Below, piece by piece: positions 30,303 to 40,063 of a DNA stretch of 51,629 bases. Made by a program: the position numbers and the translations under genes. The stretch comes from Calditrichota bacterium. GTDB taxonomy: Bacteria > Electryoneota > B3-LCP. Positions within the stretch are counted from its first letter, which is position 1; the number at the start of each line of letters is the position of its first letter. The DNA lies in NCBI GenBank assembly GCA_020051775.1, contig JAGVQJ010000140.1, forward strand, positions 1 through 51,629, written 5' to 3'. The notes beneath the pieces were generated by a model. It was given only the letters and a program-made list of their open reading frames with translations. It searched no databases and was not told the origin of the DNA.

Positions 30303-30982
30303 AACCTGCCATCCTGAGATTCACGCTAACTGAGCGTGTGCAGCATATCATACTTCTGTCCAGTCTGATCATCCTGGTGCTGACGGGCCTCTCGTTAATG
30401 TTTCATAATACGGGTTGGGGACGTTTCATGATTTCGCTGGAAGGGGGGCTGGCGGGTCGCGGTTTGATTCACCGACTTGCTGCCCTGATGCTGATCGGTG
30501 TGTCGCTCTACCACTATTTTTATACTCTGCTCAGCAGGCACGGTCATAATTTACTGATGGATTTCCTTCCGGAAAAACGAGATTGGGGTAAATTCGTTAA
30601 GACATTCAAGTTTAACCTTGGCATGATAGACAGCCCACCGGAATGGAGTAAGTTTACATTTTTCCAGAAGCTGCAATACTTTGGCGTTGTGGCGGGGGTG
30701 ATTATAATGATCCTGACGGGTATTGTGCTTTGGCTTGGACCTCAGGCCATCGCTCTGATGCCTAAGTGGTTAGTGGATCTGACCCTGGTAGTGCATGGTT
30801 CTGAAGGATTGCTGATTTTCCTACTTCTACTTTTTTGGCATTTGTATAATGTTCATTTGGCGCCGGGTAATTTCCCCATGAATATGAGCTGGTTGACCGG
30901 TCGCATCAGCGTGGATGAACTTCGCAACCGTTATCCGTTAGAATATAAGCGCATGGTCGAAAGGAAGGAATTAGGCGAATGA
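30299..30982 (+). CDS. b-type cytochrome membrane subunit, FdnI/HydC/PhsC-like (PF01292-type)
   Basis: RFTLTERVQHIILLSSLIILVLTG matches the family N-terminal R..ER..HW...L..TG pattern. Conserved His pairs in TM helices. ATGA overlap with the upstream gene. Confidence 0.72.
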   Translation: MKPAILRFTLTERVQHIILLSSLIILVLTGLSLMFHNTGWGRFMISLEGGLAGRGLIHRLAALMLIGVSLYHYFYTLLSRHGHNLLMDFLPEKRDWGKFVKTFKFNLGMIDSPPEWSKFTFFQKLQYFGVVAGVIIMILTGIVLWLGPQAIALMPKWLVDLTLVVHGSEGLLIFLLLLFWHLYNVHLAPGNFPMNMSWLTGRISVDELRNRYPLEYKRMVERKELGE

Positions 30983-32019
30983 GAATCCTGATTTCCCTAT
31001 GCGCCGGCCTGATCAGCATATCTTTGGCGGTGGTGGCGGCGCCGCCGGTACAAAAATGCGAGTTATGCCACGCCAAACCCGGATTCCAGAAGAAATTAGA
31101 CAATGGACAGATTATCTCGCTGTATGTGCCACCGGATTCGTTAGCTCAATCTGTACATAGCAAACGCGAGTGCAATGAATGCCACCGGGACGTTAACGAA
31201 ATCCCGCACAAGCCGGGTTTGCAATGGGTGGATTGCACAGGTTGTCATTATATCGGAAATCTTGCCGGCGCCCCGGAGCTGCCGATTTACGAGCAATATC
31301 GTGAAAGTGTTCACGGGCGAGCCGCTTTGGCCGGCAATAAGAAAGCCCCGATTTGCCAGGATTGTCATGGAGCTCATAATGTCCAGAAATATCATGCAGA
31401 AGGCTCGCCCTTAAATCGCCAACTTCTACCGGCGAGCTGCGGGCGTTGTCATATCGAAGCGTATCGCCAGTTTGCCTCTTCCATTCACGGCAAACTTTTG
31501 TCGGAGGGTAATCCTGCTGTACCGACTTGTACGGACTGCCACGGTGAACATACCATAGAAAAACCCGAAGAACCAGGGTCGGCGGTTTTCTCAACGCGGA
31601 TTCCGGAAACCTGCGGTAAATGCCATGCGGCAGAAAATATTGTATCGAAGTATGGCGTGTCCATCGAACAGGTGGAAACCTACACCGAAAGCTTTCATGG
31701 TATTGCCACTACTTTTGGATCCAAAAAAGCAGCCAATTGCGCTTCTTGTCATGGGTCGCATGACATCCTGCCGGCTACTGACCAGGAATCTCGCATTTTC
31801 CCTGCCAACATCCCCAAAACTTGCGGGAAATGCCACCCGGAAGCTAATGCCAATTGGGCGCGAGGCAAGATCCACGTGAATGCTTCCAATAAAGATGCGG
31901 GTATTATCTATTACGTGGCTGCTTTCTTCAAATGGCTAACAATTTCCACATTAGTTGGTCTGGTCATCAACATTATCTTGGATCTGCGCCGCAGATTGAT
32001 GAAAAATAAGAAGAGCTGA
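30979..32019 (+). CDS. multiheme c-type cytochrome (9 CxxCH), paralog of 29067..30302, C-terminal TM anchor
   Basis: 9 CxxCH. Shared blocks with gene 29067 (SLYV..DSL..SVH, CTDCHGEHTI, ..KYG...E...Y..S.HG.A). ATGA overlap. Confidence 0.85.
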   Translation: MRILISLCAGLISISLAVVAAPPVQKCELCHAKPGFQKKLDNGQIISLYVPPDSLAQSVHSKRECNECHRDVNEIPHKPGLQWVDCTGCHYIGNLAGAPELPIYEQYRESVHGRAALAGNKKAPICQDCHGAHNVQKYHAEGSPLNRQLLPASCGRCHIEAYRQFASSIHGKLLSEGNPAVPTCTDCHGEHTIEKPEEPGSAVFSTRIPETCGKCHAAENIVSKYGVSIEQVETYTESFHGIATTFGSKKAANCASCHGSHDILPATDQESRIFPANIPKTCGKCHPEANANWARGKIHVNASNKDAGIIYYVAAFFKWLTISTLVGLVINIILDLRRRLMKNKKS

Positions 32020-32051
32020 CCTGAAACAGTAGAAAACACAATTCGATCTTG

Positions 32052-32975
32052 ATGGAAATAACTGACCCCAAGCTCAAAGAAATATTATTGGCCGAATTGC
32101 GCCAACGATTGAAAACCCGCGGTCTCTCCGACTCCGATTTAACCGAAGAACAGCTTGGACAAATGTTAATAGAGCTGTCTGCTGGTCTGGAACGGAAGGC
32201 TGACCAAATTGCTGAGGCAATCAAGCCACCTACCCCTGAAGCGCCAGCGCCGGAGAAACTGTCTAAAGTGAAAGAAGAGCAGTTTCTGCGACTCTCTTTA
32301 AATTTGCGTTTGCAGCATTTCGTCATGCTCTCTTCCATAGTCATCTTGATCATCACCGGTTTACCCCTAAAATTTCACGACGCCGCCATTTCGCACGTGA
32401 TCATTACTTTTTTTGGCGGTATCACGAACTCGGCTTGGATTCATCGTTTCGGCGCCACAGGGTTGATTGGTGTGGGTCTTTTCCATTTGCTCTACACCGT
32501 TTTTACTGTTACCGGACGAAGAGATTTTATGCTGTTATTGCCCAAACCGCAGGATTTGAAGGATTACGTAAAGCAAATAAAATATTTCCTGGGAATGACC
32601 GAGGAAAAGGCCAAGTTTGGCCGGTTCAGCTATATCGAGAAATTCGATTATTGGGCGGTATATTGGGGTATGATCATCATGATCGGATCAGGATTAATGC
32701 TCTGGTTCGAGAGTTTTGTCATGAGTTTTCTTCCCAAATTCATACTGGACATTGCCAAGGAAGCACACAGCGATGAGGCCATGTTGGCGACTTTGGCCAT
32801 CGTTATCTGGCATTTCTATAACGTGCATCTGAATCCCCATAAATTCCCTATGTCAAAAACGTGGATCACTGGTAAAATATCCAAGCATGAAATGATGGAC
32901 GAGCACTCGTTGGAATATGAAGAGATCTTGAAAACGCGTACTGGCGATGAAGCTGTAAAAGGAGGTCGCTCGTGA
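32052..32975 (+). CDS. b-type cytochrome membrane subunit (paralog of 30299..30982) with ~85-aa N-terminal hydrophilic extension
   Basis: [22 protein letters not shown] and [15 protein letters not shown] parallel gene 30299 (WHLYNVHLAPGNFPM). ATG at 32052 (TTG at 32049). Confidence 0.7.
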   Translation: MEITDPKLKEILLAELRQRLKTRGLSDSDLTEEQLGQMLIELSAGLERKADQIAEAIKPPTPEAPAPEKLSKVKEEQFLRLSLNLRLQHFVMLSSIVILIITGLPLKFHDAAISHVIITFFGGITNSAWIHRFGATGLIGVGLFHLLYTVFTVTGRRDFMLLLPKPQDLKDYVKQIKYFLGMTEEKAKFGRFSYIEKFDYWAVYWGMIIMIGSGLMLWFESFVMSFLPKFILDIAKEAHSDEAMLATLAIVIWHFYNVHLNPHKFPMSKTWITGKISKHEMMDEHSLEYEEILKTRTGDEAVKGGRS

Positions 32976-35014
32976 AAGATCTTTTCCACGGTCTTCACCG
33001 AGGGGCCAGAATTTATTTCCGAGAACTACTGGCTCTGGGCGCTGTACTGCTTTTCATACTAATTCTCACTAATCTCGCATGGTTTGGACTATCTCAAAAT
33101 CCCAAAACCTGTCTGACCTGCCATTACATAAGGCCATACTACAACCAATGGGCACATGGAAATCATCGGGACGTTAAGTGTACTGAATGTCACGGCGAGC
33201 GGAAATTTATGATGGGATCTTGGGCGTTCAGTTATATTACCGCCAGTTTTACTGATAAGCCGATCGCCAGAGTCAAGGATTCCGCCTGTTTGAAGTGTCA
33301 TGAACACCAGAGCCTGGATACGGCTCAACCGTTTGAACAAAACATCACCTTCAACCATAAGCTGCATCTGGAAAATCCGGTGCGTGGTGTGCAACTCCAC
33401 TGCATGACCTGCCATAACCACCGCACGCCCGGACAGTATCTGCAGGTGGATGACCGCACTTGTTTCCTGTGCCATTTTAAAGGCGCCGAGAAGGGCCAAT
33501 CCAAAACCGGATGTCAGACCTGTCATGGCAATCCCAAGCAATCGGTCGAACACCAAGGCTTCATGTTCAATCATCAGGCCTACATTGAAGTAGGCGTGAA
33601 CTGCGGACAATGTCACACTGATATTATCAGCGGCAACGCCGCAGTTCCCCAGGAAGCCTGCCAAACTTGCCACGCTCCTCATACTGAAAGGTACAAGGAT
33701 TTCTCTTTGGTGCATGAGGTTCATGTGCACCGCGAAGAGGTTAATTGTTTCCGTTGCCATGATGAGATCCAGCACGGCAAGTTCGGTATGATCAGCTCGC
33801 TGGAAGTTCGTTGCGAAAGTTGTCATGCTAAGCTACACACGCCGGAAAAGCAGTTATACATCGGATCTGGCGGATTAGGAATAGAAGACGAACCGTCACG
33901 CATGTTTCTGGCGCAAGTGTCTTGCGACGGCTGCCATATCGGTAAAGTGGGGTTAGGGGAGGAGAAATTCGGCGCTGCGGCCTTAAGAACGAAGCAGGAA
34001 TCCTGTCTGAAATGCCACGGGAAAGGTTACGATTTGATGCTCGATGATTGGCTGGCTCATACCCCGGAAATGCTAAGGGCATTGGAACCGTCTTTAAGGC
34101 AGACAGAAGCCGCACTAAATCGCAGCAGAGTGGATGATTCGACTCGTGCAGCAATGCAGGAAGCTCGCTACAATTACGATTTTGTAGCCGACGGAAAAGC
34201 TGCGCATAATATCTTTTACGCGGTGGATTTATTGAAGCGGTCGGCGGATAGAATGAACCAGGTTCGGATGAATATGGGTATGCCGCGCCTCGAATCGGCG
34301 CTCGGACCGATGCTGAGTACACCGGACGGTATTTGTAACACTTTGTGCCATGGACGCATCGCCAGGCCGGAAGTTATGACCTATGAAAAGACGAATTTCC
34401 CACATGCATCACATTCCCAGGACCTGGACCTGCCTTGCACCAAGTGCCATGATCCTGATAAACATCGCCAGAAATTCATTAAGCGAGATGGTTGCAAAGA
34501 ATGCCACCATCAGGATGTACCCATCGCTTGTGCGTCTTGCCATTGGCGGCAGAATGATCTTTACCGGGGTGAGAGCCAGGAATTGGGATTGAAAGAATCG
34601 CCGGACGTCATGTTCACAGCCGGAGTGGACTGCCACGGCTGTCATGACCTTTCCGCCTCTCATTCTTTGGAAATCGTGGCCGGTAAATGCGGTGGATGTC
34701 ATGATCCCAGCTACAAGCAGATGCTGACCGAATGGGCTGCTGAAGTACAGCAGGGGGCACAGCAGCTTGCAACAGGGCTTGATTCCGCGCGCACGGAATT
34801 GGAAGAGGCACACCGAGTGGGCCGTTCAGTATTCGATGAAACCCTCGCTGTGAATGAAATCAACCGCCGCAGCCTCTTTATGAAAGAATCACAACCACTG
34901 CACAACTATGCCGCAGCCATAACAGAATACTCGACACTGCGCGAGAAACTGGCCGAAGTTCGTGCACGCCTAAAACCGGGAAAAGCAGCAGTGAGGCAAG
35001 CAGTGGAGAAATAA
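32972..35014 (+). CDS. large multiheme c-type cytochrome (17 CxxCH plus one CxxxCH), N-terminal TM anchor, NapC/NrfH-like beginning
   Basis: AGGAGG RBS then GTG overlapping the upstream TGA. TM helix then CLTCH..CTECH. Heme motifs spread over the whole 680 aa. CNTLCH variant. Confidence 0.85.
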   Translation: MKDLFHGLHRGARIYFRELLALGAVLLFILILTNLAWFGLSQNPKTCLTCHYIRPYYNQWAHGNHRDVKCTECHGERKFMMGSWAFSYITASFTDKPIARVKDSACLKCHEHQSLDTAQPFEQNITFNHKLHLENPVRGVQLHCMTCHNHRTPGQYLQVDDRTCFLCHFKGAEKGQSKTGCQTCHGNPKQSVEHQGFMFNHQAYIEVGVNCGQCHTDIISGNAAVPQEACQTCHAPHTERYKDFSLVHEVHVHREEVNCFRCHDEIQHGKFGMISSLEVRCESCHAKLHTPEKQLYIGSGGLGIEDEPSRMFLAQVSCDGCHIGKVGLGEEKFGAAALRTKQESCLKCHGKGYDLMLDDWLAHTPEMLRALEPSLRQTEAALNRSRVDDSTRAAMQEARYNYDFVADGKAAHNIFYAVDLLKRSADRMNQVRMNMGMPRLESALGPMLSTPDGICNTLCHGRIARPEVMTYEKTNFPHASHSQDLDLPCTKCHDPDKHRQKFIKRDGCKECHHQDVPIACASCHWRQNDLYRGESQELGLKESPDVMFTAGVDCHGCHDLSASHSLEIVAGKCGGCHDPSYKQMLTEWAAEVQQGAQQLATGLDSARTELEEAHRVGRSVFDETLAVNEINRRSLFMKESQPLHNYAAAITEYSTLREKLAEVRARLKPGKAAVRQAVEK

Positions 35015-35244
35015 CAAGGGATCGTAACCCCCTGTTACTGGGGAGTTCACAACCCCGGGCGTCTTGGTTTACCATATACTTAACGTAATTATGAAACAAA
35101 TAGAGAAGAAGTTGAAATATTTCTAAAAATACGCTAAAGAAATATTACATTCGTCCGATTATAGATTTGAAAGCAATGATTTAATGATTCGGAAGGTATT
35201 AAATGTAAGAATTTACAACACGTGTACTACCACCCCTGCAGATG

Positions 35245-35274
35245 CGCCGAGCCACCCTCGGCGTTTCTTTTTTA
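35245..35274 (+). terminator. rho-independent terminator of the cytochrome operon
   Basis: CGCCGAG-ccacc-CTCGGCG followed by TTTCTTTTTT. Confidence 0.7.
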
Positions 35275-35377
35275 TTGCACTTAAATTGAAAAATATATCG
35301 TCTAAAAAGTGATCTTAGACGATCAATTATGATGACATGAAGAGCTTCTCATTTTTGGTGGTTAATCGCAGAAATAA

Positions 35378-36748
35378 TTATCCCACTTCATTATATTCCC
35401 TAACTCTGAAATTAGCTCCTATTGATAGGGCCATCTGACGTGCAGCCTCGACATCCACTCCGGGATAAGTCACAACCGATAGCGTCGTTTCCGGCAAGAA
35501 CTGTACGCATTCCCGAGCGAAATCAAGGACGGCCTGGAAAGCGGCTTCGCCGAAATCACTATGCACTAGAGCTTGATAGAGATCGCTGCGGTGTTCATTC
35601 AGGCTGATGGATACGGAATCTATCAATCCCGTCATCTCCGGCACGATGTTGCGTTCGTTGATTAAATTACCCTGACCATTGGTATCCAATCGCACCGTCA
35701 CTCCTTGAGACTTCAACCAGCGGGCGACTTGCAGCAAGGTCTCGAAGCGCATCGTAGGTTCGCCGAAACCACAGAAGACCGCTTCATCATATCGAGTCGG
35801 GTCCCCCAACGCAGTGATGACTTGTTCAGCGGTTGGCTCTTCTGATGCCCTCATACCGATATAATGACCCTTCACCACCGGTTGAATTGATCGGGGACAG
35901 AATACGCAGGCATTGGTACATCGCGAAGTTAAAGCAATATAGATTGAATTGCGGATCGGATAAACGAACGTGTTCTGGGGCGCTTCACCAATTCCAAAAA
36001 GCCTGTGGGTGTTAAAGCGGGTGATGCGGGCGACGTCTTCGATGCTAAGCCGTTTGATCTCGGCGATCTTAGCTGCAACCAAAGGCACAAACGCAGGTTC
36101 ATTGCGTTTGCCTCGGTTTGGGACCGGCGTCATGAAAGGACAATCGGTTTCCAGCAGCAGTCGTTCCACCGGAGTAGCCTTGACGATAGGGAGGAGGGTG
36201 CTGTTTTTATAGGTGATGTTTCCGGTATAGGAGATCATGAAATCCAGATCCAGCACTTGTTTAAGTTCCTCGAGGGTCCCGGAGAAACAGTGAAACACAC
36301 CGCGTACTTTTCCCCGGCCCTCTTGGTGTATTATGGCCACAGTGTCAGAGAAAGCTTCACGACAATGGACGATCAACGGTTTATCCAGGTCAACAGCCAG
36401 GTTGACCATCCGAGCGAAGACCGAGCGTTGATTTTCGCGCGAAGAACGATGACGGTAGTAATCCAGCCCGGCTTCACCCAGCGCCACAACTTTGGGATTA
36501 CTGGAAAAATTGCGGATGTGTTGCTCTAAATCAACACCGGCTTTGTCAGCTTCGTGGGGATGCCAACCGACGGAGGCATAGACCTGCTCATGCTGGGTAG
36601 CAATCTCCAAGGCAGCGTGGTTGGTAGTTGCATCAATACCGATGGTGATAATATTCCTGATCTTAGCCAGCCGGGCATTGGATAACACTGATTCCAAGTT
36701 CGGTCTTAGTTCAGGAAAGTCAAGGTGAGCGTGAGTATCTATAAACAT
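35378..36748 (-). CDS. TatD-family metal-dependent hydrolase fused to a C-terminal radical SAM domain
   Basis: N-terminal MFIDTHAHLDFPE and GLDYY..HCREAF TatD motifs. C-terminal half carries CTNACVFCP (CX3CX2C) and GFGEP, typical of radical SAM. Confidence 0.75.
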   Translation of the reverse strand: MFIDTHAHLDFPELRPNLESVLSNARLAKIRNIITIGIDATTNHAALEIATQHEQVYASVGWHPHEADKAGVDLEQHIRNFSSNPKVVALGEAGLDYYRHRSSRENQRSVFARMVNLAVDLDKPLIVHCREAFSDTVAIIHQEGRGKVRGVFHCFSGTLEELKQVLDLDFMISYTGNITYKNSTLLPIVKATPVERLLLETDCPFMTPVPNRGKRNEPAFVPLVAAKIAEIKRLSIEDVARITRFNTHRLFGIGEAPQNTFVYPIRNSIYIALTSRCTNACVFCPRSIQPVVKGHYIGMRASEEPTAEQVITALGDPTRYDEAVFCGFGEPTMRFETLLQVARWLKSQGVTVRLDTNGQGNLINERNIVPEMTGLIDSVSISLNEHRSDLYQALVHSDFGEAAFQAVLDFARECVQFLPETTLSVVTYPGVDVEAARQMALSIGANFRVREYNEVG

Positions 36749-36766
36749 GGGAAACGAGGCAGGCAG

Positions 36767-37243
36767 TTAAAGGGTCAAATCGAAGAAATCGCTTTCGGCT
36801 TCTTGGAGACGTTGTAGAGCTTCTTTGGGCGTTCGTACTTCCAGCAGCTTGTTGCGAAGTAATTCGTTATTCATCAGTCGGCTTATTCGGGATAGAAGTT
36901 TCAAATGCAGACTTATATTGCCTTGAGGTGTTACCAGTAACAATATCAGCCTAACCGGTTCGCCATCCAAAGCATTGAAATCCACTGGTCTGGAAGTGCG
37001 CCCGAACACCAGCAAAGGTTCCGGCACCTCCAATGGTCTCGTGTGGGGGATGGCCACACCGCTACCGATGGCAGTCGTCAACTGACGTTCCCGTTCTTGA
37101 AGCAGCTTCAGGATTTCGGCGGAATCTTTGATGGCGCCTTGTTTTTCCAGGGTCAGCACCATTTCCTTCAAAATGCCGTCTTTATCATTAGCCAGAAGGG
37201 GAATCAATACCCGGTCTTCACGGCATAGATCGGTCAATTTCAT
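36767..37243 (-). CDS. ptsN: PTS EIIA-Ntr nitrogen regulatory protein
   Basis: EIIA type-2 fold motifs (GSGVAIPHTR..RLILLLVTPQG). 18 nt upstream of the TatD-rSAM gene on the same strand. Confidence 0.8.
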   Translation of the reverse strand: MKLTDLCREDRVLIPLLANDKDGILKEMVLTLEKQGAIKDSAEILKLLQERERQLTTAIGSGVAIPHTRPLEVPEPLLVFGRTSRPVDFNALDGEPVRLILLLVTPQGNISLHLKLLSRISRLMNNELLRNKLLEVRTPKEALQRLQEAESDFFDLTL

Positions 37244-37376
37244 AAATTCTCGCGAAGAACTTCATCATCTCGACCTTGCACAGTGTAATTTACGAAAAAA
37301 AGCTGGAGGATCAAAGCAATTTTTTCAGATAGCGGGATGAAGAATATTGAACAATAAAATATTTCTTGGGTTTCGC

Positions 37377-37405
37377 TTGACAATTACATTTATTATGATT
37401 ATATT
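37377..37405 (+). promoter_or_regulatory. sigma70-like promoter of the arsR-dsrE-sqr operon
   Basis: TTGACA (37377-37382), 17-nt spacer, TATATT (37400-37405). Confidence 0.6.
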
Positions 37406-37407
37406 AG

Positions 37408-37433
37408 TTAATAAACATATTAATTAATAAACA
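37408..37433 (+). promoter_or_regulatory. direct repeat TTAATAAACA x2 (candidate ArsR operator) overlapping the transcription start region
   Basis: TTAATAAACA at 37408-37417 and again at 37424-37433, directly after the -10 element and 13 nt before the arsR ATG. Confidence 0.45.
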
Positions 37434-37445
37434 GTAGAGAATGCA

Positions 37446-37796
37446 ATGGCCAAGGATCAGGAAGTGATTTATCGCCTTCACGCTGAAGTCTGTAAGGTGT
37501 TGGGGCATCCCCTAAGAATTGCTATTATTGATCATCTGCAGGATTCGGAGATGAGTGCCGGAGAGCTGGCGAGACTGATGGAGGTCTCAAAAGCAAACCT
37601 GTCGCAGCACCTGGGAATCATGCGCCATAATGGGATTGTGGAAGCGCGTCGGGAGGGTTCGCACCTCTTCTACAGAATCACGAATCCGAAGGTCGTCCAG
37701 GCTTGCCGGCTGATGCGGGAAGTTATGCTGGAGAGAGTGACCAGTAACGAAATATTGATACACCAGGCTTTGGCACAAGAAGAAAGGAATAGCTAA
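37446..37796 (+). CDS. ArsR/SmtB-family transcriptional regulator (BigR/SqrR-like dithiol candidate)
   Basis: HTH ..MSAGELARLMEVSKANLSQHLGIMRHNGIV.. Cys16 and Cys87 flank the wHTH, as in persulfide-sensing ArsR members. Confidence 0.85.
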   Translation: MAKDQEVIYRLHAEVCKVLGHPLRIAIIDHLQDSEMSAGELARLMEVSKANLSQHLGIMRHNGIVEARREGSHLFYRITNPKVVQACRLMREVMLERVTSNEILIHQALAQEERNS

Positions 37797-37797
37797 A

Positions 37798-38148
37798 ATG
37801 AAGTATCTTATCATCCTGAATGATCCCGCCTATGGGACGGAGAAATCCTATAACGGATTGAGATTGGCGCTGTCCTTGTGCAAACGTGAGGAAGTTGATT
37901 TGAGAGTCTTTCTGATGGCGGATGCCATTTCCTGTGGCCACCTCAATCAGAAGACTCCGCAGGGTTATTATAATCTTGAGCGCATGATTAAGGGATTGGC
38001 GGGGATGGACGTACCGGTGGGGGCTTGCACGACCTGTATGGACGCTCGGGGGATGGAGGACACGCATTTGGCACTAGGCGTGCACCGTAGTTCACTGGAC
38101 GAGCTCACCGATTGGACTATTTGGGCGGAAAAAATCCTCGTGTTTTAA
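37798..38148 (+). CDS. DsrE/DsrF/TusD-like sulfur-relay family protein
   Basis: MKYLIILNDPAYGTEKSYNGLRLALSL...VFLMADAISCGHL is the canonical DsrE-like fold pattern. Starts 2 nt after the arsR stop. Confidence 0.78.
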   Translation: MKYLIILNDPAYGTEKSYNGLRLALSLCKREEVDLRVFLMADAISCGHLNQKTPQGYYNLERMIKGLAGMDVPVGACTTCMDARGMEDTHLALGVHRSSLDELTDWTIWAEKILVF

Positions 38149-38167
38149 TTACGTTTTAGGAGGTCTG

Positions 38168-39409
38168 ATGAGTGGAAAATCCGTTGTCATTCTGGGGGCG
38201 GGGGTTGGAGGTTTAGTGGCCGCCAACCGCCTGCGACAACTGCTCCCGCGTGAGCACCAGATAATATTAGTTGAAAAAAAACCGGTTCACGCCTTTGCGC
38301 CCTCCTTTCTCTGGTTGATGACCGGTGAACGAAACACAGAGCAGATTACCAGGGAAGTGCAGCGGCTGGTGCGTCCGGGAATCCGAATCATTCCTCAGGA
38401 AGCGCGTCGCCTGGATACGGTCAATCATCGCGTTGAAACTACGGGGGAAACGCTAAATTATGATTACTTAATTATTGCCCTGGGTGCAGAGCTTGCTCCA
38501 CAGTTGACTCCTGGATTAACAGACGACGTTCACACCTTCTACACTCTGAAGGGTGCTCAAAAATTACACGAAGCCTTACGGCAGTTTCGTGGGGGGAAAA
38601 TCGCCCTCGTAATCGGAAAACTCCCTTATAAATGCCCTGGAGCGCCGCATGAAGGGGCTATGCTTATAGCCGATTTCTTCCGCAAGCAGGGCTTAAAGGA
38701 CAAGGTGGAAATCCTTCTATTTACACCGGAAGCGCAACCCATGCCGGTGGCTGGACCGGAACTTGGCAAGGCGTTAAGGCAGATGCTCGAGTCAAAAAAT
38801 ATTTCCTTTAATCCCTCGCATAACCTTGCTTCAATAGACCAGAATAGCCACGAGCTTTCATTCGAGGGCAAAGATCCTTTTCGATACGATATGCTTATCG
38901 CTATCCCTCCACATGTTGCACCTCAAATCGTGCAAGAAGCGGGATTAACAGACGGATCAGGTTGGATTCCAGTGGATCGCGCAACCCTCAAAACGAATCG
39001 TGAACAAGTCTTTGCGATTGGCGACATCACCTCCATTTCAATACCGGGGCGCTGGAAATCTGATACCCCCATGAAGCTACCCAAGGCGGGGGTGTTTGCC
39101 CATGTTCAGGCAGAGGTTGTGGCTCATAGAATTGCCAGTGAAATTGATAACTCTTCGCCAACAGCCGAATTCTGCGGGCTTGGTTACTGTATGTTGGAAG
39201 CAGGCGAAGATCTCGCTGGTTTCGCCTTTGGCGACTTTTTCGCTGAACCTACACCGCGCTTAGAGCTTAGGCGCATAGGCTCGGCGTGGCATATCGGGAA
39301 AGTTTTGTTTGAGAAATGGTGGCTGTCGCCTTTAGGGATGAAGCGCGAGCTGCTGAGAATGTCATTGAAATTGGGCGGCAAAACGATGGGTATTCCAATA
39401 GAGATTTAA
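38168..39409 (+). CDS. sulfide:quinone oxidoreductase-like FAD-dependent disulfide oxidoreductase
   Basis: VVILGAGVGGLVAANRL (FAD Rossmann). KPVHAFAPSFLWLMTGER. Conserved Cys in YKCPGAPHE. 413 aa. AGGAGG RBS. Confidence 0.62.
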   Translation: MSGKSVVILGAGVGGLVAANRLRQLLPREHQIILVEKKPVHAFAPSFLWLMTGERNTEQITREVQRLVRPGIRIIPQEARRLDTVNHRVETTGETLNYDYLIIALGAELAPQLTPGLTDDVHTFYTLKGAQKLHEALRQFRGGKIALVIGKLPYKCPGAPHEGAMLIADFFRKQGLKDKVEILLFTPEAQPMPVAGPELGKALRQMLESKNISFNPSHNLASIDQNSHELSFEGKDPFRYDMLIAIPPHVAPQIVQEAGLTDGSGWIPVDRATLKTNREQVFAIGDITSISIPGRWKSDTPMKLPKAGVFAHVQAEVVAHRIASEIDNSSPTAEFCGLGYCMLEAGEDLAGFAFGDFFAEPTPRLELRRIGSAWHIGKVLFEKWWLSPLGMKRELLRMSLKLGGKTMGIPIEI

Positions 39410-39445
39410 ACACGTACAACTTCTCTAAACGACTAAGGGTTTCAC

Positions 39446-40051
39446 ATGAAAACGATACTCACTTTCAGCTTAAGTATCATTCTGGGGATGGGATGGCTCA
39501 GCCTGCCGGTAAAAGCTTACCCCCCTGCCGTCGGGATCACCGGCAATAGTCCCAGCTGCCTGGCCTGCCACATCAGCAACGGCCCGTGGAACGACAACGC
39601 TGATATGATTGTGGATATATTGGACAAGGACACGAAAGTTAGTCTCAAACAGCAAGACGGATCATTTTTGATTGAGGTCCTAAAAAATCAGACCCGCAAG
39701 GTATTGACCATCCTGGGCCGTAAAGCCGGAGAAAAGGCAGAGATCCCCAACCGGAATGCCTGGCTCTATGTAGATCAGTCAATTATCGGGAAAACGAATT
39801 TCTCCACATTTCCAACGGGGTGGGAAGTTAATCTACCCATGGCTTGTCGTCTCGTAGGTGATAAGTCGGACAAATATCCCGGAGCTGCATTAACAGTTTT
39901 GCCCATGAGTATTCGTGCCACAGATAATGCGCAGAACGGCACGGTCATGCTTCAGGTAATGCTGACCAAAGGAGAAGCGGTCAAGGGAAAGGCGAAGGAG
40001 GGGATGATAGGGAACTACTATGAGAGACAAATACATTTGGTAGTTAAATAA
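39446..40051 (+). CDS. secreted hypothetical protein with a single CxxCH (possible monoheme c-type site)
   Basis: Signal peptide, then SPSCLACHISNGPW. No other recognisable motifs. Confidence 0.45.
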   Translation: MKTILTFSLSIILGMGWLSLPVKAYPPAVGITGNSPSCLACHISNGPWNDNADMIVDILDKDTKVSLKQQDGSFLIEVLKNQTRKVLTILGRKAGEKAEIPNRNAWLYVDQSIIGKTNFSTFPTGWEVNLPMACRLVGDKSDKYPGAALTVLPMSIRATDNAQNGTVMLQVMLTKGEAVKGKAKEGMIGNYYERQIHLVVK

Positions 40052-40063
40052 ATGGAGCGGGAA

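Noticed and set aside
33089-34322. 245-aa and 164-aa minus-strand ORFs
   Set aside because: Antisense to the 18-heme cytochrome gene, where CxxCH motifs confirm the plus frame.
35015-35377. 363-bp AT-rich gap between the cytochrome operon and the TatD-rSAM gene, as a possible small RNA or small ORF
   Set aside because: Contains only terminator-like hairpins for the two convergent units and a 10-codon ORF without RBS. Nothing to support an RNA gene without expression data.
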